NCBI RefSeq assembly: GCF_009834535.1
Contig: NC_045697.1
Location: 101,496,001-101,560,000, forward strand
Reading direction: 5' to 3'
Source of the DNA: Camelus ferus
Lineage: Eukaryota
Length of the DNA: 64,000 bases
In this document: positions 51,527 to 62,352 of the stretch, piece after piece
How positions within the stretch are numbered: position 1 is the stretch's first letter
How the letters are laid out: every line of letters begins with the position of its first letter
Notes under the pieces: model-generated
Database searches by the model: none
What the model was told of the DNA's origin: nothing
The model's input: the letters and a program-made list of their open reading frames with translations, nothing else
Position numbers and translations under genes: made by a program

Positions 51527-53039
51527 TGGCTTAAAACTCAACATCTCAACCCCCACCCTGCCTAATAAGAGAAACCACTCTGGATTAATGACCTTGTGAT
51601 TAGTGCACCTTTTTGAGATGGATGAGCCTGAAGAAAGACTTCGAGGGCCTAAAGGCTGTGACCAGGACATCCAGCAGTTTTTTCCCATCCCTGGTGACTT
51701 AAGAGTTGAACTAGAGACTTGGTCATTGGACCCCTGGCACCCAGTTTTCCCCTCAAAAGATGAAATATAAATAGGTCTTTAGACTCACTGGCCTTGTGAT
51801 CACAAAGTTTTACATAAACTTGTATAATAAATGTTTAGGTATAAGAAGAATTATTTCAGCACCACTGCAATTTTATCTTTTTGTTCTCCTTGTAAAAAAT
51901 GCACTGAAATTTATTGCAAGGATCCCTATAAAATTAATAATATAAAATAATCATAAAACTAATCACATATTTTATAGAAAATAACAGAATAAAATCACTT
52001 TTTGTGAGATGTCAAATCCAAAGAAACCTATGACTTAAAAAAAGACAACTTTCTGTTGTCTTTAAGCATCTAATGTGTTCAACTTCTTGTAGGAAGGACT
52101 GGGAAGGCAGTTCATTACTGTCAATTTACAGAAACCCTACTGACCATTGTCCATGCTTATAGGAATCTTCAGTGTGAATTCTGTTAACTGAAAAACCTTC
52201 TTAATAATTATCTTTGTCTTGTCTTTCCCATTATGTTTACTCAGACTGTCTCTCTCCACATTAGCCAAAAGAACAAAACAAAGTGAAACATTCAGGCTTC
52301 CTATAATCATATCCTTTGAAATAAGTTTCTATTATAACAGACTAAGATCTACTAACTTTTGTCTATGTAGAAATGTAAACAAAAGAAATCCAGAGATTAC
52401 CAGGCAACACAGGTTGAGTATGATCCAGAAGTTCAGCAGGCTTCTAAATAAACAAGTGCTATCTAGGAGTGAATTAGTAAAAGCATAATGAGATCAAATG
52501 AAGCATTAACTCAATTTCACTAGTAAGACTCTGTCAAGATAAAGATTCAATAGGGACTTTAGAGAAATAAAAACAACCAGAATGCATTTCTGAGAAGGCT
52601 CGCAAAATAATACCTAAAATAATGGAACTTAATGGAAAGCAGTGAAAAAAACAGTAAACCAGAAAAGTGAGAATTCCAGATGGTGACCATCTGCCCTCCA
52701 GCTTCACTGAAACAGAACAAGATGAAACAATCAACAGCAATAGGTTAAAGAAGATAGAAGACTCACTCAAGGGCCTGTTTTCAGTGAACTTCCTGTTTCT
52801 AAGACATTGCACGTTGTCAGTTACTTCCTCCCTTATGAAGATCTTCCTCTTCTTCCTAAAGTACAACTCTCCATTCTTATCCTCCCTTGGTGGTCAGTTT
52901 TGTATCCATGGTCTCCAAGGTTTCAAGGTCATAAAAAGAAGGCAAGAGTTTGGAAATGAACTGGGTTAGTCGCCACCTAAGTTTTTACTTTTGCTGTGTT
53001 CTTTTGCTTTTACTTTTTGTGGCTCTGCTTCTGACTGCT

Positions 53040-53515
53040 GTCAAATGAGGATGTTATTTAAAATGACATCCTTTTTTGGCCCCTTTTTCTTTTTATTCTC
53101 TTTTTCCTTCCTATGTAATCTCAACCACACATGCTGGTGACTCTTAAAATTATATCCCAACTTTAATCTCTTTCCTAAACTCCACACTGAATTTTCCTCT
53201 TCTCAGGTATCTTGCAGGTGCATAAAACTTCATGCCCAACTTACTTATCATTTCTGCCTAAAGCCGCCTTTTCTAGTATTTTCTATTCATGGCATTTCTA
53301 TCAGAGCAGTCCTCCAAATTAGCAATCATGAAGTGACTTTTTGCTCCTCTACCTGCCTCTCAACTCCTATGTGGCGGGGTTTTTTGGTGGGGGAGGAAGT
53401 TGGTCTCCCCTTCCTATACTGATGCTTCTGGAAAGTAACCATCTGCCTTATTCATTCTCCTTATCTCAGTGACCAGAAGAGTATCTAGTACACATCAGGC
53501 ATATAAGGTAGGAAG
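53040..53515 (+). mobile_element. Decayed L2 fragment
   Basis: atgctggtgactcttaaaattatatc and ctctttcctaaactcca-type L2 phrases. Confidence 0.45.
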
Positions 53516-53620
53516 GAAAAAAGGAAGGAAGAAAGGAAAGGAGAGAGGAAGAGAAGAAAGGAATAATGAAAGGAAATGGGAAGGAAGAAGAAAGGGGAAA
53601 AGAGAGATGTAAGGAGAAAA
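53505..53620 (+). repeat. GA-rich low-complexity tract
   Basis: ggaaggaaaaaaggaaggaagaaaggaaaggagagagg... Confidence 0.8.
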
Positions 53621-55788
53621 GCAATTAATAAAATTACTGAGCTATTACTCATAATAGGATAGTTAAAGTTTATAACAGCTGGCAGCTGAGGCTGTAATTC
53701 TGCAGCAGAGAGCTCTTTCTGTTGGAAAGACATAAGGAGAGGCCTTTAGAGTAAAAGTTAAGCCCTCAGGCCCCACTTATCAATCATTGAAAGCTTGGAG
53801 GGGATAAGGCATACTCTCCATAATAAAAAGACAGAGTCTGAAGAATTCCAAGATAAAACAGAGTGAGGCACACAGAGGAAACGAGGCAAAGAGAACCAGG
53901 TTGGTGCCCTCACCCTGAGACCTTCAAACCTATCAGTTGTAGGAAATTCATGAAAATCTTGGTATGAGTGGATATTTTCATTCTTGCAACGCAGTGAAAT
54001 GACAGTATTTAGAATCTAGGTTTGCATGAGGGTGAAAACATGAGACAAAACTCATGGACACAAAAGCCAGAGGACAAGGCAAGATGTGAATCTGGGTTTA
54101 CATTCAGAGTCACCGGTTACAGTGAAAGTACTCAGACCTGCCGTAAAGGAATGTGGCCTCCGGAGCAAGACCTCAGCCTCTGCCAGGGAATCCGGGTGAT
54201 CCGATCCCATGGAAACTGATTCTATCTAAAAGATCAAACCAAAGTCGCAAAACCAAATGCCCAAGATCGCAAATGACATTGCACTATTCAAATTCGGAGC
54301 CAAGGCTAAATAAACCAGCTTAAGATTCTAATAGGAACTCAAGAAATTCAGCTTTGACCTTGGGCCTCTACTTCTTCCTACACCCATTTAGAGTAGTGGT
54401 GTAATCAATCCTAACGGGGTTTAGGTCGCACAGCCTTGACAAGAAGCACTGGCCCAAATTGCTTGAACTGAAGGAACGCTGTATAAGCTGAGGGATGCTT
54501 TGGCAGTAGGCCAACAACTTCAATCTGCTCCTTTTTTTTTTAACTTTTCAATGCGTTCTGTGTTCATTGATGTACCCTTGTGTTCTCAAAGCTGAGTGAG
54601 ATGGGGAGTCGAAGAAGGAAATGGGAATGTCTACTGGTTTGAAGGAGAAATATTTATGTCTGCCAATATCAGATGCTAGATATACAAAATTTCTTAATAC
54701 TGGACCACTACACCCTTCATACTCATTTTGATGCTATATAGGCTAGTTTATTTCCTTTATATGCTGCAGTCCAAGTTTTATAACTTGTAATTATATGTGT
54801 TGTTATATAAAAAATGACTGTAACTATTCATTTTGACAGGCTAATAAGGTGCAGGAGTGCAAAATGGTAGAAGTATGTGATTTCATAGAAAATTCTACTA
54901 TCATACTTGTTTTATAATAAACCAGATTGCAGGCCTCCGAAACATGCTGCTGACTTGTAATAAAACCATTCACGGCCACAGCTAAGAGAGGAGACTTCTT
55001 ACTTTTCAATCAGTGTTAGTCACGTCTGCTAAGAAAAGAAAACGCTCTGGGTTGTTTTCAAAGCAGAAAAATGTGTAAACACCCAAGGAACACTCTGAAA
55101 ACTGTTAGCCATCAAAATAAACTAGCAAAGCCTCCAAGTCATTTGAAAATATCAATCTTGTGGAGGCTACAATAATCTTATATAATGGCTACACTACCAT
55201 CAGTATTTATAGAGCATGTTTTCACTTCACTAATTCTCTTGGTTATTAGCATTGTTCCCAAGCTAGTATCTCCTTACTCTAAGATGCTCTCTGCTGCTTA
55301 TACTTTACATTGAAAACAATATCCAGATACTTTACATTGCATTTTTCAAATGCATATTTCCTTTCAAAGTACTAAATTTCCACATAACATAACTACCTTT
55401 TTCTTCGACCAAGAGATGATTTTTCTTTTTTTCTTTCACTCAATCATGTTTGTAAACTAACTTTTATATTAAAGCACCAAAGAAAAACACTGGTGACATT
55501 CTCTAGACTTTTTCTTTCCTCCTTTGAGACTTTCCCTCTGACATCCTGGTGATGCACATGGTCAATACATGAAATAGCAGTCTCACATGTATCCCAGACC
55601 AAGAGCCATCGAACTGTTTGGCCACCTTGAAAAAGAGAATGAATGGGTTTCCAAGCACAGTGATGTCACATGCAGCGGAGAAGAACACCTGATTTCACCT
55701 CTGAATCCTGGCTGTGTAAGTGTGGAGTAAGCTCCCTCAACTGCTCTCGGACATGACAGCCCAAACTGCAGCAGCCGTATTACCTCAC

Positions 55789-55858
55789 CTTTGTGCACCT
55801 GGTCTAGCTCTCAGTTCAATCTGCGTGGAATCGACCAAGGAGAGAATGTCCTGATGAC
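55789..55858 (-). other. Candidate 70-nt internal exon (open only in phase 1 to phase 2: HQDILSLVDSTQIELRARPGAQ)
   Basis: Acceptor ataataatctcattttag| and donor AAG|gtgagg on the minus strand, in unique non-repeat sequence. Confidence 0.4.
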
Positions 55859-55944
55859 CTAAAATGAGATTATTATAGGCGTGCCTCTCACTGTCTTTCA
55901 GAATCCACTCATTCTTAGTTCAAGTAGAATTTGGAGAAGCCTAA

Positions 55945-56165
55945 AGGCAGTACAGTATTAAGAGTACAGATGCTGGAGTTAGACTATCTGAGTTGAATCC
56001 TGACTCCGCTGTTCACTAATTCTGAGACCTCGGGCAAGTTACTTAAACTCAGTGCTCTGTTGGATCACCCAGAAGATGAGGAAAACATTAATAGCTTTTA
56101 TAGAGTTGTTATAGGATGAAATGAGTTAAAATAGGTAAAAACACCTAGAAGTGTGCCAGGCATTA
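55945..56165 (+). mobile_element. MIR
   Basis: ttaagagtacagatgctggagttagactatctgagttgaatcctgactcc...gacctcgggcaagttacttaa. Confidence 0.85.
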
Positions 56166-56579
56166 GTTTTTGTTTAATTTCTAAACCCACAGAATATTAT
56201 AAACAGGGACAAGAAGAGGGACATGGGCTTCTGCAGGTATTTGCACTGACACCCAAAAGCATTATCAGCTAAAAGTCTAATAGCCAGGGGAAAGCATGGG
56301 GGTATTGCTAAAAAACAGACGTAAGAAATGGGGACATTGTGTATGAGTAAAAGCCTGGTGAGTGTCCAAAAGCATCGCTCTACTACATCATAACAGAGCA
56401 GCAAACCTGAACCATCAGGTCCAAGGAGATCTCTCTATTTCAGCTCAGTAACATAGGTGACATTTATAAAAATAAATTTGTGCATTTAAGAAATGATTAA
56501 AATAGACTCAATAATTTCAATGACGATGCAATACATTTTGAAAGCTTTCTGTTCAAAACAGCCAAATAAGAAATTTTAG

Positions 56580-56729
56580 AGGGTGAGGGAAGATATAGCT
56601 CAGTGGTAAAGCACATGCTTAGCATGCATGAAGTCTTGGGTTCAATCCCCAGTACCTCCATTATAAACAAACAAACAAACAAATAAACCTAATTGCCTTC
56701 CCCCCCCAAAAAAGTAAAAATTTTAAAAA
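56580..56729 (+). mobile_element. tRNA-derived SINE (camelid Vic-1-like), full length
   Basis: A-box tagctcagtgg, B-box ggttcaatccc, (aaac)n, cctaattgccttcccccccc and an A tail. TSD aagaMattttag at 56568-56579 and 56730-56741 (11/12). Confidence 0.85.
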
Positions 56730-57054
56730 AAGACATTTTAGTGCCTTAATACATACATACTTAGTTATCCAAAATACTGTTATTCAGAATGATTTATTCC
56801 AAGTGGTCTTATTATAAGAAGATACTGAGAGAAAAAACAAAATAAAACAAGTGATTTCATGGGGGAGAGTGGCAAAGTAACTGGGTCGCTAGGTCAGCTT
56901 GTAGAGAGAGCAGGGTGCCCTACCTCTCCTGGACCCCATGCCTCCCTCAAGGCAATTAACTGCTATCTCACTCGAACCAGAGCAATTTTGAGTCTTTTTT
57001 GTTGCAGCAGCTTAATATTATCCTAATAAATTGAGAGAGAGATAATATAAATTC

Positions 57055-57990
57055 AAACCTATATTGAGTGCAAGTATTGTACAAATTACTACATTAGGCT
57101 CTATGAGGATGCAGAATTAATTAGATGCAAGTTCTGCCCTCAGGGACTTTATAATCCAGAAAAGATGAGCCAAGTACCCAGACAATTACATTACCACATA
57201 GCCTATTTTTCTTGTCATCTGAGAGTTATAAACAAGGTGCCATGGGGTTATAGGAGGAAATACCCTATTAATTTGGACCAGGAAATCTTGAATCAGGAAA
57301 AGTCTCATGAAGACAACCTTTGAGAAGGACCTATAGTTGAAAGGATTTCAAAAGCAGAGGTAAAGAGTGAGAGGAAAGAAACAGTGTGAACAAAAGCACT
57401 ACAGCAGAAAAGTGGATGCGCGTTCATGTGTCCTGCTGGAACAGAGGGTAAGGCTGAGGGGCCTTGGAATATGTATGTTGAAAGAGTAAGTTTAGAACCG
57501 CATTTTGAAGAGCACTGAATTACTATAATTATAAAATACATAGTAAGTTCTTTCCATATGCAAACATTGTGCTAAGTGCTTTATGTATACTTTCTTAGTT
57601 TATCATCAAAATAAACTAATCTTTTATATATCTCTTCTAGTGTCAGGAGTCTGTACCTAATTCAGCAAGCAATGGAAATTTCATAGAACTATGAGAAAAT
57701 GAATGAGAACTCTCTCGCTAGGCTTCAGGAAGGGCAGTCACCATGTAGGCGTGGACAACTCAGAATGCCAAGGGGAGCAGGTGAAATTTTTTTCTTTTTT
57801 TAGTAGTAGACAAGGCAAGAGATGAGCGGTCTGAATTAGAGTGGCAATCCTGAACCTAGAAAAGAGGGGCTGAACTCAAGACATTATGAAGAACTTGGCA
57901 AGTAATTATGTGACTGTGTAAAGAGTCCTATGAGAAAGGAAGTGGGGAAATAATCCTAAGGTTTAGAACCTGAGCCCTGAAATTAACAAA
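57055..57990 (-). mobile_element. L2 fragments with a MIR-like interruption (~57540-57620)
   Basis: tattgagtgc...ttctgccctcagggactt, cagtgtgaacaaaagcac, aggtttagaacctgag. Confidence 0.6.
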
Positions 57991-58113
57991 ATAAGAAGTT
58001 AGGTGCTGTTATTCACACATTAAAAAAAAAAATTGGAGGTAAGGAGGTGCACTGGGCTTATTGAGATGTTGTGTAGACCTTTGCTTTCTCTGCACCATGA
58101 CTTACATGGATTT

Positions 58114-58114
<1 letters not shown>

Positions 58115-58144
<30 letters not shown>
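58115..58144 (+). repeat. (CA)15 microsatellite
   Basis: Direct reading. Confidence 0.95.
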
Positions 58145-58146
<2 letters not shown>

Positions 58147-58149
58147 GTC

Positions 58150-58310
58150 GCTAAACCTTTTTTCTTCTCTGAAAAATAGGAATGATAACATCCAACTCAT
58201 AGACTTTTTGAGAATTAAATAAGATAATTTTTTTAAAGGAAAGAAAAAGCACCTGGTACCATAACACTGTAGGTAGCACACAATAGGCACTCACTAAACA
58301 GTAATTAATA
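58150..58310 (+). mobile_element. MIR 3' part
   Basis: ctctgaaaaataggaatgataac...tgagaattaaataagataa...gcacacaataggcactcactaaa. Confidence 0.65.
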
Positions 58311-58339
58311 TTCTTATTGCTGTTTTTTCTCTTGACATT

Positions 58340-59010
58340 ATGAAAAATTGGGAGTAAGAGGTGTAAGTTCGAAAGGCTTCTCTTTGTGTGTGTGTTCCAT
58401 ATATATGGAAGATGTGAGAGTTGAGGAAATCATCCAAAAAGAGAAAGTTTTAAAGAGAGTCTTGGGAAATACCTCCATTTTAAGACACTATACAGAAGAT
58501 AGGAGCTAGTGAAGGAGATAGAGGAGGAAACAGCAGTGAGGTACAAAAAAATGAGAGACGTGGAAAAAGCAAATTCAAAGAGAGGATGGTTAACATATCA
58601 AATGTTGCTTAGAGGGCAAAAGGAATTGAGCTCTGAGAAAAACAGTATTGATTTTAGTGGCAGAGTCAAAAAAATGAAGCTTGGCAGGAGATGGAGACCT
58701 AAACGTGTTTATCAACATGTGGGAACCAGCCGGTAGAGAGAAAGATCACATTTACAAAGGAGAAAGAAAAATTGAAGGAATGAAATCTCAGAGGAAGAAA
58801 AAGAGGTTAGATGGAGCATAGGTGCGAAGATCAGCCTCTGCCAGGAAGAGAGATGCACTTTCTTCATGGAGGGAAGTGAGAGAAAAGAGGCAGGTGGTGG
58901 TGAAGAAATGAAGACATTGAAGGCAACTCCACATAGGTGAAAGGGCTCACTGAAGCTGGCTTTTTAGTAGAATAATAGGTTAAGCCATCTACTGAGGGGT
59001 AGTGAAATGG
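58340..59010 (-). mobile_element. L2 fragment (decayed)
   Basis: gagtcttgggaaatacctccattttaag, tcaaatgttgct (antisense L2 RT region). Confidence 0.55.
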
Positions 59011-59365
59011 ATAAAATTAAGGATTCACAGTTTATTTTTTCTTTCACAGGTAAAGAGCATTTATCTAGTAAAAGACATTATTTATTAATGTTTCCACTTT
59101 AATAATATTTTGTCAAATCCACTTTTCTCCTCAAAGCATTCATTTTTCTAACGTTTGGTGAAAATTCTCAGAGAAAAGCATCATGAATCACTGAAACGAG
59201 TCACTCTCCATCATTTCCATTCTTTAATGTCAACTCTACATATAAAAGGAATAAATGGTATATATTGGTGGAAGGGAAACCAAATTCCACAGCACCATTC
59301 CAAAACATCTCCCTCCTACAGAATGATAATAATGCAATTTTTATTGCTCTCCTTTCTTCATCCAC

Positions 59366-59792
59366 TGTACTGAGTTGAAAAATGTCCAAAAAAACCTTCA
59401 TGTCCACCCAGAACCTCAAAATGTGACTTTGTTTGGAAAACAGAGTCTTTGCAGATGTATTTAGTTAAGTTAGGTCATACTGGTCAAGGGTGGGCCCTAA
59501 TCCAATATGAGCTATATCCTTATAAAAGAGAAGTTGGACATAGACACATACAGACAAGGAAGACATGTGAAGACAGAGCAGAATTTGGAGTTATGCTGCC
59601 TCAAACCAAGGAATGTGTGGGGCTCTCAGAAGCTGGAAGAGACAAGAAGGAATCCTCCCCTCTAGGCTTCAGGGGAAGCAGGGACCTGCCACCATCTTGA
59701 TTTTGAACTTCTGGCCTCCAGAACTTTGGGGGAATAAATTCTTGTTGTCTTAAGCCACCTAGTTTCGTGGTAGCCCTAGACAGCTAATAATA
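59366..59792 (+). mobile_element. MaLR solo LTR (MLT1B/C-like)
   Basis: tgtactgagttgaa...ttcatgtccacccagaacctcaaaatgtgac...cttctggcctccagaac...aataaa; 5-bp TSD tccac/cccac. Confidence 0.85.
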
Positions 59793-61059
59793 CCCACCAA
59801 AAAGAAATAAGGAAGCTAAGCCCTGTGACTAATAGATACTTCTTCTTTTAGACCTCATAAGGATCATCCAAAAATCAAAAGTACCATTTTTCACCAGAAC
59901 TTAGCTTTATTGAGCCTGAAGCTCTCTCCAAAAACATCAAAAAAAAAAAAAAGCCCACATCAGTTCTTAAATTGTCATTGTAAGCAGAGAAATGGTTTAC
60001 CTGAAAGCCCTAAAAATATGATGAGAAATGGATGCAAGAAAAAAAGCATTTTAAGATCTATTACATAAAAAATTACCCAAGTGCCACTAGTCCCAAGGTT
60101 CTATGGAAGAGGTCAGTCAAATGAGAATAACTAATCACTCAGAATAACCAATCAGTAGAGAAAAAAATAATAGCCTTGGGCCCTAATACTTGTCTCTTTA
60201 AAAGGAAAGACACCCAGTTAGAACACTGAGCCTAGAGCAAGGTACCGTGATGAAAGCCAAAAAACAAAAAAAAGAAAGAAAAAAAGTGTTAGGATTCCAT
60301 CTGGAATTCCTTGATAACACATCAAAAGGAATGGGCATGGATTGCCAGAGGGACCAGAAAGACAAAGGCCCATTCTGTGTTTGAAGACTGTGTTTTTGAA
60401 TCTTAACCACACATTTGGATTAAAAAAGTAAAATAAAATAAAATAAAAAACCTAACTCTCTATGCTTTGAGCCTATTAGATATCACAGGAGGAAATAAAG
60501 CAAAATTTAGAGATCAAGGTCTGGGATTGTGGTGCAATTACTCTGGAGAGGTGGTGAAAAGATACTACAAAGAGCCATAGATCAGCAGAAGAGAAACTTT
60601 AGACCTAAACTGCTTCTTTTTTCATAAGACAAATCAGTAGGAGATAAAGGGAGAAAACTATTCCTTTCTTATTGAAAGAACTCCTGGGAAATACACTGTG
60701 TTTATAAATGCAAAATGAAAAAAATAAAAATAATGGAGTAGAAAGGGCCACAGTAAGAAGTTATGGGGATATTATTTGTAAGAACATCAAATTTTTATTT
60801 TAGAATGGACTGGAATGATTGTAGACTTCTAAGGATTTGAGCAGCAAGATCAAAATGACTCTTCAGAAAGACGCTTCTTGCTCTCTGTGCGCAGGAGAGT
60901 TTACAGAACAGAGAAGGTGATAAAAAGAGTTCGAACAATTGAGTACGCAACTGGGTTATGTATGTAAAAAGATCAAGAAACAGAATTCAAAGTGGATTAG
61001 ATGAAACAGATCTGCACTTAGATCTGATTTTCTTCCATAAACACTTCAACCAAAACCCC

Positions 61060-62125
61060 CCACTTATTCTCCTGCCCTCAAATAAATTTTCCATCAATCC
61101 TTTGCCTACAATGCATTGATCTCCCGAAACCATTAATTGTCCCTCATCTCCATTAGGTTCTCACCTCCCTGCCTACACAATTTAAATAACACCATTCATA
61201 ATTATAATCACTCTTTCCCATTCCCAACTACCCACCCTCCTCTCTCTTTCCATTATACTCACCTGGCTAAATCCTGGTGCTTATTTAAGCCCAGCTCCCC
61301 ACGCTCTTTACCCTTGCACCTGGATAACTGAATGGAGCTGAAGAGAAATATACAACCATGCTCACCCTTCTCTCTTCTGTTTCATAATCCTCAACCTCAA
61401 GAGGATGCCTAGCAATCAATCTGCCTTTCTAGTCCATTCACTCTTCTATTCACTTGGATAATTATTCCATGCCTTTCCTGTCCTCAAATCTCCAACACTA
61501 TGCCCTCTAGGTTGATAATCTCGTTTCCTATTTCTCTGAAAAGTCAGATGATATCCTAAGAGAAATTTCTCAAGCTCTTATTGCCATACTGCTCTTACAT
61601 CTACCTTTTTCTTGATGCTAGAAATGAACAGCCCATGCTCTTCTCCAAGTCTAACCCCTCCTCTGGTCTCTGGGGCCAATCTCCTCTTACCCACTCAAAG
61701 ACATCACTCCAACATTTATTCTCCCTCCCTCTTTTCCATTATCATTTTTCCTCTCTCTTAGATCAAAACCATTATCATACAAACATATTATAATATCTTT
61801 AAAAAGTTGTTTCCAAGTTCTTCTTTAGTTATTGCATATTCTCTATTCCAGACTGTTCAGAAACTTAATTTTCTGTCCTGAATTTCAACCTCTCTTTAAT
61901 CCAGTTCACATAGGTTTTTGCTTTTACCACTTAATAGAAACCGCTTATATCAAGTCACCAATTGCCACAACATTGTTATATGCAATGGCAAATCCCTAAT
62001 CTTTATTTTATCATCAGCTTTTAACACAATTGATCACTCCCCATTTTCCTCATAAGGCTTCCAGGATGCTACTTCCTCTTGGTTCTCCTACTTCACTGAT
62101 GGTCTCTTTTTCCTTTTCATCCATC
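61060..62125 (+). mobile_element. L2 ORF2 fragment
   Basis: Pyrimidine-rich L2 body with gaaaccgcttatatcaagtcacc and gcttttaacacaattgatcactccc (AFDT.DH-like). Confidence 0.75.
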
Positions 62126-62134
62126 CTAGCCTGT

Positions 62135-62352
62135 TATTTTCATATAACCTATACACATCTTCCCATATACTTTAAATCATCTCTGGATCATTTATAATAC
62201 CTAATGCAATATAAATGCTATGTAAATAGTTGCTGGCACACAGCAAGTTCAAGTTTTGCTGTTTGGAATTTTTTGGAATTTTTAAAAATACTTTTGATCT
62301 ATAGTTGGTTGAATCCATGAATGTAGAACCTGCAGATCCAAAGGGCTGACTG
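62135..62352. mobile_element. MER2-family Tigger MITE, one arm only
   Basis: tactttaaatcatctctggatcatttataatacctaatgcaat...ttggttgaatccatg...gggctgactg followed by TA. Confidence 0.8.

Noticed and set aside
55300..55339. 13-bp direct repeat atactttacattg separated by 14 bp
   Set aside because: Too short and AT-rich to support a functional interpretation.
56590..56660. tRNA gene
   Set aside because: A and B boxes are present, but it is a SINE head with a tail and TSD and has no proper acceptor stem.
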